Source of the DNA: an uncultured Terriglobus sp.
Lineage (GTDB): Bacteria; Acidobacteriota; Terriglobia; Terriglobales; Acidobacteriaceae
Direction: 5' to 3'
Assembly: GCA_964246795.1 (NCBI GenBank)
Contig: CAXTRR010000013.1
Coordinates: forward strand, 2,895-66,894
DNA: 64,000 bases
Position 1 is the stretch's first letter. The number at the start of each line of letters is the position of its first letter. The position numbers and the translations under genes are program-made. Under the pieces are notes generated by a model. It worked only from the letters and a program-made list of their open reading frames with translations, was not told where the DNA came from and made no database searches. This document shows, piece by piece, positions 9,515 to 18,487 of this stretch.

Positions 9515-9985
9515 ATGCTGGATATCACCAAGAAGCTGCAGGAACAGATTCAGGTACTGGAATACGAGTTGACCACGGAACTGCCCGCCGAGATCAAACG
9601 GGCCGTGGCGCTGGGCGACCTGAGCGAGAATGCCGAGTACCACTCCGCCAAGCAGCGGCAGGAGTTTGTGAATGCGCGCCTGGGCCAGCTCAAGAAGCGC
9701 ATGGCCGAGCTGTCACTGGTGAACCTGCAGAACATTCCGCATGGCAAGGTCGGCTTTGGCTCCACCGTGGTGGTCCATGATGAGAGCAAGGACGAGGAAC
9801 TGAGCTACAAGCTGGTGACGAGCGAAGAAAGCGACGTGACCAAGGGGCTAATCAGCACCACATCGCCCATTGGCCGCGCCCTGGTGGGCAAGGAGGTGGG
9901 CGACACTGTGACGGTGGTGACACCGAACGGCCATCGCGAGATGGAAATCCTGAAGCTGACCACGATCCACGATTCCGCGGAATAG
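9515..9985 (+). CDS. greA: Transcription elongation factor GreA
   Basis: MLDITKKLQEQIQVLEYEL...ALGDLSENAEYHSAKQRQEFVNARLGQLKKR...TSPIGRALVGKEVGDTVTV matches the GreA coiled-coil plus C-terminal domain. 156 aa. Confidence 0.95.
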   Translation: MLDITKKLQEQIQVLEYELTTELPAEIKRAVALGDLSENAEYHSAKQRQEFVNARLGQLKKRMAELSLVNLQNIPHGKVGFGSTVVVHDESKDEELSYKLVTSEESDVTKGLISTTSPIGRALVGKEVGDTVTVVTPNGHREMEILKLTTIHDSAE

Positions 9986-10191
9986 TGCGAACAACGCAAA
10001 CATCTAAGTCCGGCAATGGACCCCGGACGCTGGCACCCGCTTTTTCTGGAGAAGTGCGTCTTTGAAGCCGTACAGAGCCAGTACGATGTGCCACACCGCA
10101 TGGAGCACAGCCGGCAGGGTTATACCGGCCGCGAAACCCACGTCCCACTCTGGCGGCAGGGAGTGAGCGGACTGGGCGGTATACTGCGGCT

Positions 10192-11091
10192 TTGCTGAAT
10201 TTTGCGCGAACCCGGCTGGGCGGCTTCTTTGGATTGGGTATGTTGCTTATTCCACTAAAGAGCTGCTTCCAGAGCACACGCTCGGTCATGCAGACGCATG
10301 CGCCCGACAAGATCCTCTCTGCCTCTTACGGTGAACTGGTGCAGTCTGCCAGGAGCCGCTACGACCATATCCAGTCGATGAATGCTTCGATCGAAATACA
10401 GGTCTCAACGGGAGGCGGCAAGAACGGAAAGGTCGTGGATTACAGCGCCTTTCCGGGCTACGTGCTGCTGCGCAAACCTGGTGATCTGCGTGTGCTGCTC
10501 TTTACTCCGGTGGGGCATGTCCAGGCCATTGACATGGTGACGAACGGTACCACCTTCACCATGCACATCCCGTATCAAAAGCGGGCCATCACGGGCTCAA
10601 ACGCCGTCACCACGCCTTCGGCCAAGCCGCTTGAAAATCTGCGACCGGAACTCTTCTTCGATTCGCTGCTGATCCGTGGACCGTTGGCGGAAGATCTGGT
10701 CGCGCTTACCTCAGAGGAACGCATTTACCAGCCCGATCCCACGCGTAAATATGTGGTGGACGAGCCGGAGTACGACCTGGGCATCTATCGCCACGCGGCC
10801 GCCAGCGCGGAACTTAAAACGCAGCGTGTGGTGCATGTTGGCCGCGCGACCCTGCTGCCCTACCAGCAAGATACCTACGACGATACAGGCCAGCTGGTAA
10901 CAGTGGCGATCTATGACAACTACCAGAAATTCGGTGATGAACTCTTTCCTTCCACGATCACCATTCAGCGGCCTCTGGACCAGCTCCAGCTCAAGATGAT
11001 CATCACCAAGCTGGCAATGAATCCAAAGCTGGACGACGACCAGTTTGAGCTGAAGCTGCCGGCCAATACCCAGGTGCAGAAGTTACCCTGA
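10192..11091 (+). CDS. Hypothetical lipoprotein, LolA/LolB-fold-like (DUF4292-type)
   Basis: TTG start gives signal MLNFARTRLGGFFGLGMLLIPLKSC. Beta-rich sequence ending ...DDDQFELKLPANTQVQKL, as in outer-membrane lipoprotein-sorting-like proteins. The family call is tentative. Confidence 0.5.
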   Translation: MLNFARTRLGGFFGLGMLLIPLKSCFQSTRSVMQTHAPDKILSASYGELVQSARSRYDHIQSMNASIEIQVSTGGGKNGKVVDYSAFPGYVLLRKPGDLRVLLFTPVGHVQAIDMVTNGTTFTMHIPYQKRAITGSNAVTTPSAKPLENLRPELFFDSLLIRGPLAEDLVALTSEERIYQPDPTRKYVVDEPEYDLGIYRHAAASAELKTQRVVHVGRATLLPYQQDTYDDTGQLVTVAIYDNYQKFGDELFPSTITIQRPLDQLQLKMIITKLAMNPKLDDDQFELKLPANTQVQKLP

Positions 11092-11124
11092 GGTCCCCCG
11101 CCCCTGCTGCTCAAAAGTGGTGGA

Positions 11125-11760
11125 TCAGGAGCGGGCAGCCAACTGCACAGCGCTGGTCCTGGCGCGGCTGTACGCCAGGCCAAGCGTGATCAGTGCGCTT
11201 CCCAATAAAATCGCGCCCGTGCCGAAAGCGCCTATGCCCGGCAGCCGTGGTCGCGAAACCAGTGCGATGCACCCGGCACACCACGCCACCAGCACCGTGG
11301 CCGTAACAGTGTGCATGGGATAGCGAAATGCCCCGGCGAGCGGATACAGGTGCAGGCCCACGATAATGCCGATGGCGGGCACAATGTACTCCGGCAAGTG
11401 CAGCAGGATCAGCACAATGACTGCGGTCGCAACGGCGACCCACTGGATGATGTTGACCGCGTTGAAGACCCGTTTCACACGTGCCACTTCCTCCGGCGCG
11501 ACGGCGGCATGCGGCAACCTGCCCGCCACCCGCAGCAGCGCGGCCGCCGCTGCCAGCGCAAGCAGCCCAAGCGCAAAGACCGCCGCCTCACTGCCCAGCG
11601 AGAGCCTGCCCATGTTGCGCAGCCCCATCAGCAGCCAGAGCGAGCCGAAACCGATAAAGAAAAAGCTGCCCCAGGCGCGGCCCTGCGCCGCTTCTGAGGT
11701 GATGGGCGTCCCGTGCGCTGTCCCGATCATGCTGACGCTCCTGTTGACGTGTTTCCGCAT
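11125..11760 (-). CDS. Hypothetical integral membrane protein (5-6 TM)
   Basis: Strongly hydrophobic 211-aa ORF. Last gene of the TetR-SDR string on the minus strand. No family recognised. Confidence 0.5.
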   Translation of the reverse strand: MRKHVNRSVSMIGTAHGTPITSEAAQGRAWGSFFFIGFGSLWLLMGLRNMGRLSLGSEAAVFALGLLALAAAAALLRVAGRLPHAAVAPEEVARVKRVFNAVNIIQWVAVATAVIVLILLHLPEYIVPAIGIIVGLHLYPLAGAFRYPMHTVTATVLVAWCAGCIALVSRPRLPGIGAFGTGAILLGSALITLGLAYSRARTSAVQLAARS

Positions 11761-11800
11761 GTTAAGCGACCACGGAGAGGCCTGCCAAACCTGGCCTGTG

Positions 11801-12667
11801 TTATCGGTTCAGCAAATCCGGATTGCCGGGCGCCTCTGCAAACACGGTCGAGAGCGTCAAGTCACGAAATGCTGCGGCCTCCTCGGCACGTGCCGTCTCG
11901 GCTTGCCGGACGTACGTCTCCGCATCTCTGCCGAGAATGAGCCGCCTCGGAACGTCATTGGCATATGCCAGCTTCACGATCACATCGGCAATCTTCTCCG
12001 GATCGCCCTCATGGCCACCAGCGCGAATAGCGTCCAATTGCTTGTACAGCCAGCCCACAGAGGCCTGGTAGTCGGGCAGCAGCTCCGGCGATTTCTCGCT
12101 CGCCTTGTGCCCAAAGTTGGTACGGATGCCGCCCGGCTCCAGGGTGCACACCTTTACGCCAAACGGAGCGGCTTCGGCGGCAAGCGAATCACTAAAACCG
12201 CCCACTGCGAACTTGGCCGCGTGATAGGGCGAGTTGCCGGGGATCGCCGTTCGCCCACCGATGGACGATACCTGGAAGATGTGACCGCTCCTCTGCCTGC
12301 GCATCACAGGCATGGCCGCGCGCGTGGTGTACACCACCCCAAAGAGGCAGGTCTCAATCACGTCGCGAAACTGCTCCGGCGTAGTCTGCTCAAACGGAGC
12401 GAAAACTCCATAGCCGGCGTTGTTCACCAGCACGTCCAGCCGCCCGTACGTGTCCAGGGCCGCCTGCACCGCGGCTCGGGCAGCCACTTCGTTGCGAACA
12501 TCCAGCTGGACCGGCCGGATACGCTCGCCGTACTGCTCCACCAGGGCCTCCAACTCTTGGAGTCGCCTTGCTCCCGCAACAACGTTGTCTCCCGTCGCCA
12601 GAGCAGCCTTTGCAATGTTGCGTCCCAACCCGTTCCCGCTTCCCGTAATCAACCAGACTTTGGCCAT
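11801..12667 (-). CDS. SDR-family NAD(P)-dependent oxidoreductase
   Basis: MAKVWLITGSGNGLGRNIA (TGxxxGxG), NNAG, and a catalytic YxxxK region (SPYHAAKFAV). ATG confirmed at 12667. Confidence 0.9.
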   Translation of the reverse strand: MAKVWLITGSGNGLGRNIAKAALATGDNVVAGARRLQELEALVEQYGERIRPVQLDVRNEVAARAAVQAALDTYGRLDVLVNNAGYGVFAPFEQTTPEQFRDVIETCLFGVVYTTRAAMPVMRRQRSGHIFQVSSIGGRTAIPGNSPYHAAKFAVGGFSDSLAAEAAPFGVKVCTLEPGGIRTNFGHKASEKSPELLPDYQASVGWLYKQLDAIRAGGHEGDPEKIADVIVKLAYANDVPRRLILGRDAETYVRQAETARAEEAAAFRDLTLSTVFAEAPGNPDLLNR

Positions 12668-12760
12668 GTGTCGAAACCTCCGACCACATACGATTTTAAT
12701 AATGAGTGAGTGGTTGCTCATTTCAAAAAAGCAAAAAGGGGGAGAGAGAGAGAGAGACGG

Positions 12761-13327
12761 TTACCTGGCCATACGCCAAAATGCTTCGAAACCCTTCTCG
12801 ATGAGGACCGTCTTTGCCCGTGGCTTTCTGGCAATGGTGTCCAGCACCGCATCCTGCATGGCCCCCATCGCAGAGGGTGCAAACCCTGGCGGCAATGCCT
12901 GGAAAGCCCCCCGCGTGGCGACTTCGCGTGTGGTCTGTGCCACCGCGCCACTCTCAGAGGCGGCACGCTCCCGCGTGGCGGCCGTCACAATGTCAGAGAC
13001 ATTCAAGTGCAGGGAAACTTTGCGCTCGGCCGGCTGCTCGATTGCCCACTGCATGGTCTCCATCCACACATGCCGCGCGCGTTCGCGAAGCCCAGCACCA
13101 TGCGGGAAATTGGCATTGGTGCGGCGGTACACCTCCGTTTTCAATGTGATGTACAGCTCATTCAAGAGCTCATGCTTGCTGGCGAAGTAGGTGAACAGCG
13201 TTCCTTCCGCCACATTCGCACGCTTCGCGATCCTTGCCGTGGAGGCCCCCAAACCTTCTTGTGCAATCTCCTGCACGGCGGCCTGCAGAATGGCTTGCCG
13301 CTTCTCCGGACTTTTTGCTCTGGCCAC
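12761..13327 (-). CDS. TetR/AcrR-family transcriptional regulator
   Basis: N-terminal HTH: KRQAILQAAVQEIAQEGLGASTARIAKRANVAEGTLFTYFASKHELL. Confidence 0.9.
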   Translation of the reverse strand: MARAKSPEKRQAILQAAVQEIAQEGLGASTARIAKRANVAEGTLFTYFASKHELLNELYITLKTEVYRRTNANFPHGAGLRERARHVWMETMQWAIEQPAERKVSLHLNVSDIVTAATRERAASESGAVAQTTREVATRGAFQALPPGFAPSAMGAMQDAVLDTIARKPRAKTVLIEKGFEAFWRMAR

Positions 13328-13501
13328 ACAGCCATGCTAAGCCAGCCGTTCCCCGCGCTCACCAGGCCGTTACTGCCTTCGGCAACAAGTCGTTGTTGTC
13401 TTCCATGTCGAGGCTTTCCTGGTGCCATCGGGAGCAGGCGGCGATGCCGAAAGAATGAGCGCTTGTATCCTCTGAGCAGAGGAGCAGAGCCTCTCTTTCG
13501 G

Positions 13502-15211
13502 ATGATCCGCACAAACTCTCAATCAGCCACAACACGCGAGGAACGCTTAACATCTTTCGCGCTTACAGCAGCATGTGCCGTGGTGCTGCTGGCCTGCATC
13601 CTGATTGCGCGACCCTTCGCCGAAGCTGGATTTATCGACGATTTCTCGTACATCTGGACGTCGAAGGTGTTGGCCGAGACCGGACACTTGGCCTATAACG
13701 GCTGGGGCAGCATGATGCTGGGCTGGCAGGCCTACCTGGGTGCGCTGTTCATCAAGCTTTTTGGGTACTCCTGCACGGTTGTGCGCAGTTCGGTGGTGCT
13801 CGTTTCGCTGGGCACGGCCATGCTGTTGCACCGGCTCTTGGTGCGGCTGGGGAGCTCAGCCTGGAACGCCTTTGTGGTCACGTTGACCCTCCTGCTTTCC
13901 AATCTTGCCTTGCCGCTGTCTGTCGGCTTCATGTCGGATATCCCAAGCCTGATGGGGGTGCTGCTGTGCGCTTATGCCTGCGTGCGCATGATGCAGACAC
14001 ATACCGGCCGGGCGGCGCTGTGGTGGCTGGCGGCGGCAGTACTGTCCAACCTCATTGTGGGTACCACCCGGCAAATCTGCTGGCTGGGCGCACTGGTGAT
14101 GGTGCCGGCGGCCGCCTGGGCGGTGCGCCAGCGGCGGGATGTGTTGCGGGCGGCGGTGGCCTGGTGGATTCTGAGTCTCGTTTTTGTGGAGGGCTGCCTG
14201 CTCTGGTTCAAAAGGCAGCCTTATACGCCGCAGGAAGCACTGGTGGTGCTGCACCGGCAGCAGCTCCCGGAGATCGCGCAGGTGGCCATGTGCGGCCTCG
14301 TGCTTCTGCTGCCGCTGCTGCTGCCCTTCCTGAACGTGCCTAGCCAACGCGGCAAGCCTTTTCTCCGCATCGGCATTCCCCTGCTGGGCGCGGCTGCGGG
14401 GCTGATGTTTTCGCTGGTGACCGGAAGGTTCTTCTTTGGAGCGAGCGACGCACTTTTCCCCTGGCCAGCGGGTTTGCCGGCATGGTTGCAGCGCGCCATC
14501 GCCGCACTGGTCTTTGCCTGCCTGGCAGGTTTGTGCTCCCAGCTTTGGACGCGCAAGGACTCCCTTCCGCGGGAAGAAGATAGGCGACCGGAGGGCGCTC
14601 CTGCTTTGACGGCACGCCAGTTCTGGTGGCTGATACTGCCCTATGCCGCCGCTTACAGCCTGCTGCTCATTACGCGGGCTGTAATCTGGCCGCGCTATCT
14701 GCTGTCATTACTGCCGGTCATCTGCATGGTCCTGCTGCGATGGCATGCGTTTGTGTTTCCCCGGCGGAGGCTGCCGGCCGCATCGCTTGCCCTGGTGACG
14801 GTCTTTGCCCTGCTGGCAGTGGTCAACCTCCACGACGCCTTTGCCCAGCAGCGCGCGCGTGTGGAGGCCACCGCGGTCTATAACCGCACCGGCCTGCCGC
14901 GCACGGAACTGGACGCCGGCCTGGACCTGGACGGCTGGGTACAGATCCAGAAAACGGGATACCTGAACGAGGGCCGGCTACGTGTTCCGGCCGGGGCGTA
15001 CCATCTCCGCACACCTCCCACGATCCCGACGCAGTGCCAGAGCTGGTTCCTGATTCTGACGCCCGCGCTGGACCCGCATTACGCGCTGACCGAGCAGGCC
15101 AATGAGTGCCTGGCCCTGACTCTGCTGCCACCCGCCACCTACACCACGTGGACCGCACCGCACCGCCACGCGGTCTACATTGGCAAATTCCGCTTTTTTG
15201 GAAAGCCGTGA
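13502..15211 (+). CDS. GT-C fold membrane glycosyltransferase (family 39/ArnT-PMT-like)
   Basis: ATG 13502 lies within the 833-aa ORF. More than 10 TM segments. First-loop acidic motif GFIDDFSY, as in ArnT/PMT enzymes. The upstream part of the ORF is antisense to the TetR gene and not protein-like. Confidence 0.7.
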   Translation: MIRTNSQSATTREERLTSFALTAACAVVLLACILIARPFAEAGFIDDFSYIWTSKVLAETGHLAYNGWGSMMLGWQAYLGALFIKLFGYSCTVVRSSVVLVSLGTAMLLHRLLVRLGSSAWNAFVVTLTLLLSNLALPLSVGFMSDIPSLMGVLLCAYACVRMMQTHTGRAALWWLAAAVLSNLIVGTTRQICWLGALVMVPAAAWAVRQRRDVLRAAVAWWILSLVFVEGCLLWFKRQPYTPQEALVVLHRQQLPEIAQVAMCGLVLLLPLLLPFLNVPSQRGKPFLRIGIPLLGAAAGLMFSLVTGRFFFGASDALFPWPAGLPAWLQRAIAALVFACLAGLCSQLWTRKDSLPREEDRRPEGAPALTARQFWWLILPYAAAYSLLLITRAVIWPRYLLSLLPVICMVLLRWHAFVFPRRRLPAASLALVTVFALLAVVNLHDAFAQQRARVEATAVYNRTGLPRTELDAGLDLDGWVQIQKTGYLNEGRLRVPAGAYHLRTPPTIPTQCQSWFLILTPALDPHYALTEQANECLALTLLPPATYTTWTAPHRHAVYIGKFRFFGKP

Positions 15212-15240
15212 CTGCCCGGCACAGTTGATGACTCCCCCGC

Positions 15241-16389
15241 CTACTGATTGAAGTTCGGCTCGTCGGTCTCGTCCACGCCGTAGCGGCGCAAGAGGTTGGG
15301 CAGATTCTGGCTGAAAGCGGAGCGCGGCATGACCGTGTGACACCCGGCCTCCACTGCCTTCTGCTTCAGATCTCCCTGCAGGTGGGAGAGAAAGCCCAGG
15401 ATGCTGGTGCCCTTCTTCAGCTTGTTTTTCAGCTTGGGGATAAGGGTGAGCGGCTTAGCGGCGGCGTTGTTGAGGTCAAAAACGATCAGCGATGGGTGCT
15501 CATGGTCGTGCAGCTCGGCCAGATGCGCCACCACGTCCTTGTCAGGCTTCATAAAGGCGACTTTTACCCCCTGCTGCTTGGCGACTTCCTGAATCTTGGC
15601 CGTGAAAAACAGGTCTTCGATAAAGAAGTAGATGTGGGTCGGGGCGTCTTCCGGAATGGCGACCGGGCGATAGTGGTGCATGAGTTCGGGCGGCAACCGG
15701 TCTTCATTAAAATGCCGTCCGTTGCGGTGACCGTTGTTCTGCCGGCCATGCCCATTGCCCTGCAGCTGAATCGTGGAGGCAGGGCTGTCAGCGAAGTTGC
15801 CGTTCGCCTCGCGATAGCTGTGGTCCATCGGACCCACAAACGCACGCGGGCCGCGGCTGCCGCCACCCCCCTGCTTGCGGTTGCGCCGGCCGGCACCGTT
15901 CATGCCGCCGCCATTGCTGCCCTGAAGGCTGTTGCCGGGCTCCGGCCGGGGCTGGCCGCCGGCTTCTCCGGCGCGCCGGAACTTCTTCTTTTTGCGGCGG
16001 GCGTTGCCCTGGTTCTGGCCCTGCGGATTGTTGGTGCCGTGCTGCCGCTGGTTATTGGACCGGGCAGGCTGGCCGTTGCTCTGGCCTGCATTCTGGTTTG
16101 GGGCCTGGCTTGCGTTCTGAGCCGCAGGCTGGGAGTCTCCAGAGGACTGCGGTTCGGCACTGGCCGTAATTTCGATGGAGTCTCCGGCCGATACGGTCTG
16201 ACCTTCCGCGGCGGTCTGCGGCGCGGTACCGCCGGCCGGGCGGTTTTTGCGTTTGCGGCGGCGACGGCGGCTCTTGTTTACCCCGCCACCGCCGCTGCCG
16301 GCATCTTCATTTTCTGATGAGTTTTCGTCATTGGAAGCAGGCGCCGCCACCGCGGTGGGGGCCTCAAACAGGTTCTGCTCTTCGCTCAT
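15241..16389 (-). CDS. Disordered basic/Q-N-G-rich protein with C-terminal atypical receiver (REC-like) domain
   Basis: ATG 16389 (MSEEQNLFEAP...). About 250 aa of low complexity with basic clusters KSRRRRRKRKNR and ARRKKKKFRR. C-terminal ~125 aa align to CheY-like receivers (IYFFIED..., LIVFDLNN..., ILGFLSH..., VMPRSAF). Confidence 0.6.
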   Translation of the reverse strand: MSEEQNLFEAPTAVAAPASNDENSSENEDAGSGGGGVNKSRRRRRKRKNRPAGGTAPQTAAEGQTVSAGDSIEITASAEPQSSGDSQPAAQNASQAPNQNAGQSNGQPARSNNQRQHGTNNPQGQNQGNARRKKKKFRRAGEAGGQPRPEPGNSLQGSNGGGMNGAGRRNRKQGGGGSRGPRAFVGPMDHSYREANGNFADSPASTIQLQGNGHGRQNNGHRNGRHFNEDRLPPELMHHYRPVAIPEDAPTHIYFFIEDLFFTAKIQEVAKQQGVKVAFMKPDKDVVAHLAELHDHEHPSLIVFDLNNAAAKPLTLIPKLKNKLKKGTSILGFLSHLQGDLKQKAVEAGCHTVMPRSAFSQNLPNLLRRYGVDETDEPNFNQ

Positions 16390-17028
16390 GGTTCTTCTTT
16401 CTTCAGGCAAATCAAATCGGCAGATAAAGTACAGCAGAGAAGCTGGCAGGTATCTCAGCTTCACGCAACGGCCGGGGTTGAATTGCCGGGCTGTAGCGGG
16501 ATTCCATGCAGCTAGACATGCAGCCGTTCACGGTTCTGCTCCTGGGCGGGAGTGCCCAGCGGGGAGGACGGAGGCTTGCAGGTGACGAGTTACCGTTCAC
16601 GTCGCGTGTTTCTCAGGTTCATTCCATGGTTCCCAGCAACTTGACCCGGTGTTAGCGGAACCGTTCGCGGGCATTCGGATGATGACGCAGAAGAAGCTGC
16701 CGGGCTCACTTCACTTCACGCGGCCAAGCGTGTCGGCCGTCAAAGCGATTCCGTTGATGGCTCTCGCAGTCTCCCAGCATCTTTTCGAGTAGGTCTTTCT
16801 TCGCAAGTCCGCCCATGATGAGGGGCGCCTGTCTTGTTCCTGCTACCCTTTGGACGCCTTCTTATCGTGTGATGGCCAACCTAACGGGCAGATCCAACTA
16901 GAGGATTGCACCGTAAGCGATCACCCGGTCACAAGCCGGGCCGGAACTAAAGCAGGCCGATCTCTAAACTGCCTCATAGTACGTCATGGCAACAGGGTTG
17001 GCAAGCATTGGCCTCTCCCGGTGTTCTG

Positions 17029-17065
17029 CGAAAAACGGAACACCGCCCGGCATGCGGGCGGTGTT
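17029..17065 (-). terminator. Rho-independent terminator (minus strand)
   Basis: Minus strand reads AACACCGCCCG-CATGC-CGGGCGGTGTT (11-bp perfect stem, 17039-17065) followed by CCGTTTTTCG (T-run = plus-strand A-run 17031-17035). Confidence 0.5.
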
Positions 17066-17224
17066 GTCACTGGCCAGTCACTGGCCTCCATTAAAGGGCC
17101 GTACATCCAGGCGGGCGGTCGGGACCTCATGGGAATCCAAACTCTGCCGCTACACTGAATTTTTCTTTTCGTACATTGGTCCTGCCACGCTTGGCAGCAG
17201 TACCTATCCGCACGCACTTCCCGC
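17029..17224 (-). ncRNA. Candidate ~195-nt sigma-54-dependent small RNA (unclassified)
   Basis: Bounded by the sigma-54-like promoter (17234-17250) and the terminator (17029-17065). Contains internal hairpins CTGCCA-AGCG-TGGCAG and GGCCAG-TGA-CTGGCC. The only long ORF here is not protein-like and reads through the terminator. Confidence 0.3.
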
Positions 17225-17233
17225 ACAGGCATG

Positions 17234-17250
17234 ATGCACTCACCGTGCCA
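17234..17250 (-). promoter_or_regulatory. Sigma-54 (-24/-12) promoter-like element
   Basis: Minus strand TGGCACGgtgaGTGCAT versus consensus TGGCACG-N4-TTGCW. The GG and GC dinucleotides are at the correct spacing, with a single mismatch at -14. Confidence 0.4.
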
Positions 17251-17434
17251 AACGCTAAATGCCTCAAAATATGCGGAGAAGCGTGGATGCTCGAGCACAT
17301 CTCTACGGGAATTAGCGTTGGAAGCAGCCGGCGCTACAGGTTTTCATAGGCTCTGGCACATGAGGGGGCGATTTTTGACCCGCCGCAATCCGGCGGGTTC
17401 CCCTCCGTCCAATCTGCGCGATACTAGGAGGGTG

Positions 17435-18010
17435 ATGCGTATTACCCCGGACGACCTGATTCCAGAACCGCTCGATATCGACGAAACTATTCCGGCCGGT
17501 TCCATCGACTATTCGCTGGACCTCCGCCAGACTGGCCCGGTGCGCGTCACCGGCAGGGCGGAACGCATTGAGGAGCACCGTGGACCCAAAGATGTCGTGG
17601 ACGACATCCGGATCCGCGCGAAGTTTGTGGGGGATTTTGAGGCGCTCTGTGCCCGCTGCGTGGAATCGATCGCGCAGCACGTGGAGGAGGAGATTGACTT
17701 GATCTTCCGTCCGGGCGGAGTGGATGCGGAGCTCGGGGAACGATCTATTTCCGAAGCAGAGACCGAAATCGGGTATTATGAAAGAACTGGCCTCGTGTTG
17801 GAGGAAGTCGTACGCGAGCAGGTGTTGCTATCCCTGCCGGACCGTACGCTTTGCCGGCCCGACTGCCTAGGACTCTGTCCGCACTGCGGAGTAAACCGGA
17901 ATGAGACTCCTTGCGATTGCTCGACACAGGTTGTCGATCAGCGCTGGAAGGCATTGCAGGGTTTATCCGTGTCGGAGAGGGCCAGTGAACCGCAAACCGC
18001 TCGGAAATAG
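17435..18010 (+). CDS. yceD: YceD-family (DUF177) protein, large-subunit rRNA accumulation protein
   Basis: AGGAGG RBS at 17426-17431 and ATG at 17435. C-terminal Cys cluster CRPDCLGLCPHCGVNRNETPCDC is typical of DUF177. Immediately upstream of rpmF, as in most bacteria. Confidence 0.9.
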   Translation: MRITPDDLIPEPLDIDETIPAGSIDYSLDLRQTGPVRVTGRAERIEEHRGPKDVVDDIRIRAKFVGDFEALCARCVESIAQHVEEEIDLIFRPGGVDAELGERSISEAETEIGYYERTGLVLEEVVREQVLLSLPDRTLCRPDCLGLCPHCGVNRNETPCDCSTQVVDQRWKALQGLSVSERASEPQTARK

Positions 18011-18097
18011 CGAGAAGCGGCCAAATTTCTGAATCAGCACTGATTCCGCGGAGCGCTTTAGCCTCAGCGGGGCAGTTGCGTTGAAAGGTTAACTCCG

Positions 18098-18283
18098 ATG
18101 CCGAATCCAAAGCGCCGCCACTCCAAGCAGCGCACCGCCAAGCGCCGCTCGCATGACTTCCTGACCGCTCCCAACAGCAACGTCTGCCCGAATTGCCAGG
18201 AGCGCAAACTGCCCCACCACGCCTGCCCAAAGTGCGGCGAGTACAAGGGGCGCGCCATCAGCACCGCCCAGCCCGCAGCATAG
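18098..18283 (+). CDS. rpmF: 50S ribosomal protein L32
   Basis: MPNPKRRHSKQRTAKRRSHD...CPNCQERKLPHHACPKCGEYKGR is the canonical L32 with a zinc ribbon. Confidence 0.97.
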   Translation: MPNPKRRHSKQRTAKRRSHDFLTAPNSNVCPNCQERKLPHHACPKCGEYKGRAISTAQPAA

Positions 18284-18343
18284 ACCTACCTGCATTTCAA
18301 AGAAGCTTGTTGAGCCTCCGCAACACAAACCTTCTTCCTTGCG

Positions 18344-18487
18344 GTGGAACTCTTTGTGTTGGTCACTTATTACTCGGGTGCTCTGGGTCGGCGTCTGATT
18401 GAGGCATGTGCGATGGTGGCAGGCTCAACGGGTGACGTAGATTTCACCCGTCATTCTTCTACCTGGCGGCCTTTGGATTTGTCGTGA
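18344..18487 (+). pseudogene. N-terminally truncated FitA/VapB(StbC)-type antitoxin remnant
   Basis: The frame opens after TGA 18311-18313. It reads ...SGALGRRLIEACAMVAGSTGDVDFTRHSSTWRPLDLS*, resembling only the C-terminal toxin-binding tail of FitA-like antitoxins. There is no room for the RHH DNA-binding domain, since rpmF ends at 18283. The stop overlaps the vapC GTG (GTGA). Confidence 0.45.

Noticed and set aside
12710-13501. N-terminal 264 codons of the 833-aa ORF 12710-15211.
   Set aside because: This part is antisense to the well-supported TetR gene and is not protein-like. The membrane glycosyltransferase begins at ATG 13502.
16706-16816. 36-codon minus-strand ORF MGGLAKKDLLEKMLGDCESHQRNRFDGRHAWPREVK, with faint resemblance to HicA toxins.
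   Set aside because: It has no RBS and is too short. It lacks the segment between the helix and the GSH motif of HicA, and there is no HicB partner. At best it is a decayed fragment.
16465-17434. Searched the large gap by eye for RNase P RNA (GGAAAGUCCGGGC / ACAGAACCCGGCUUA), tmRNA ends, the SRP RNA motif and tRNA T-loops.
   Set aside because: None of the diagnostic strings is present on either strand. Only the sigma-54/terminator-bounded candidate is reported.
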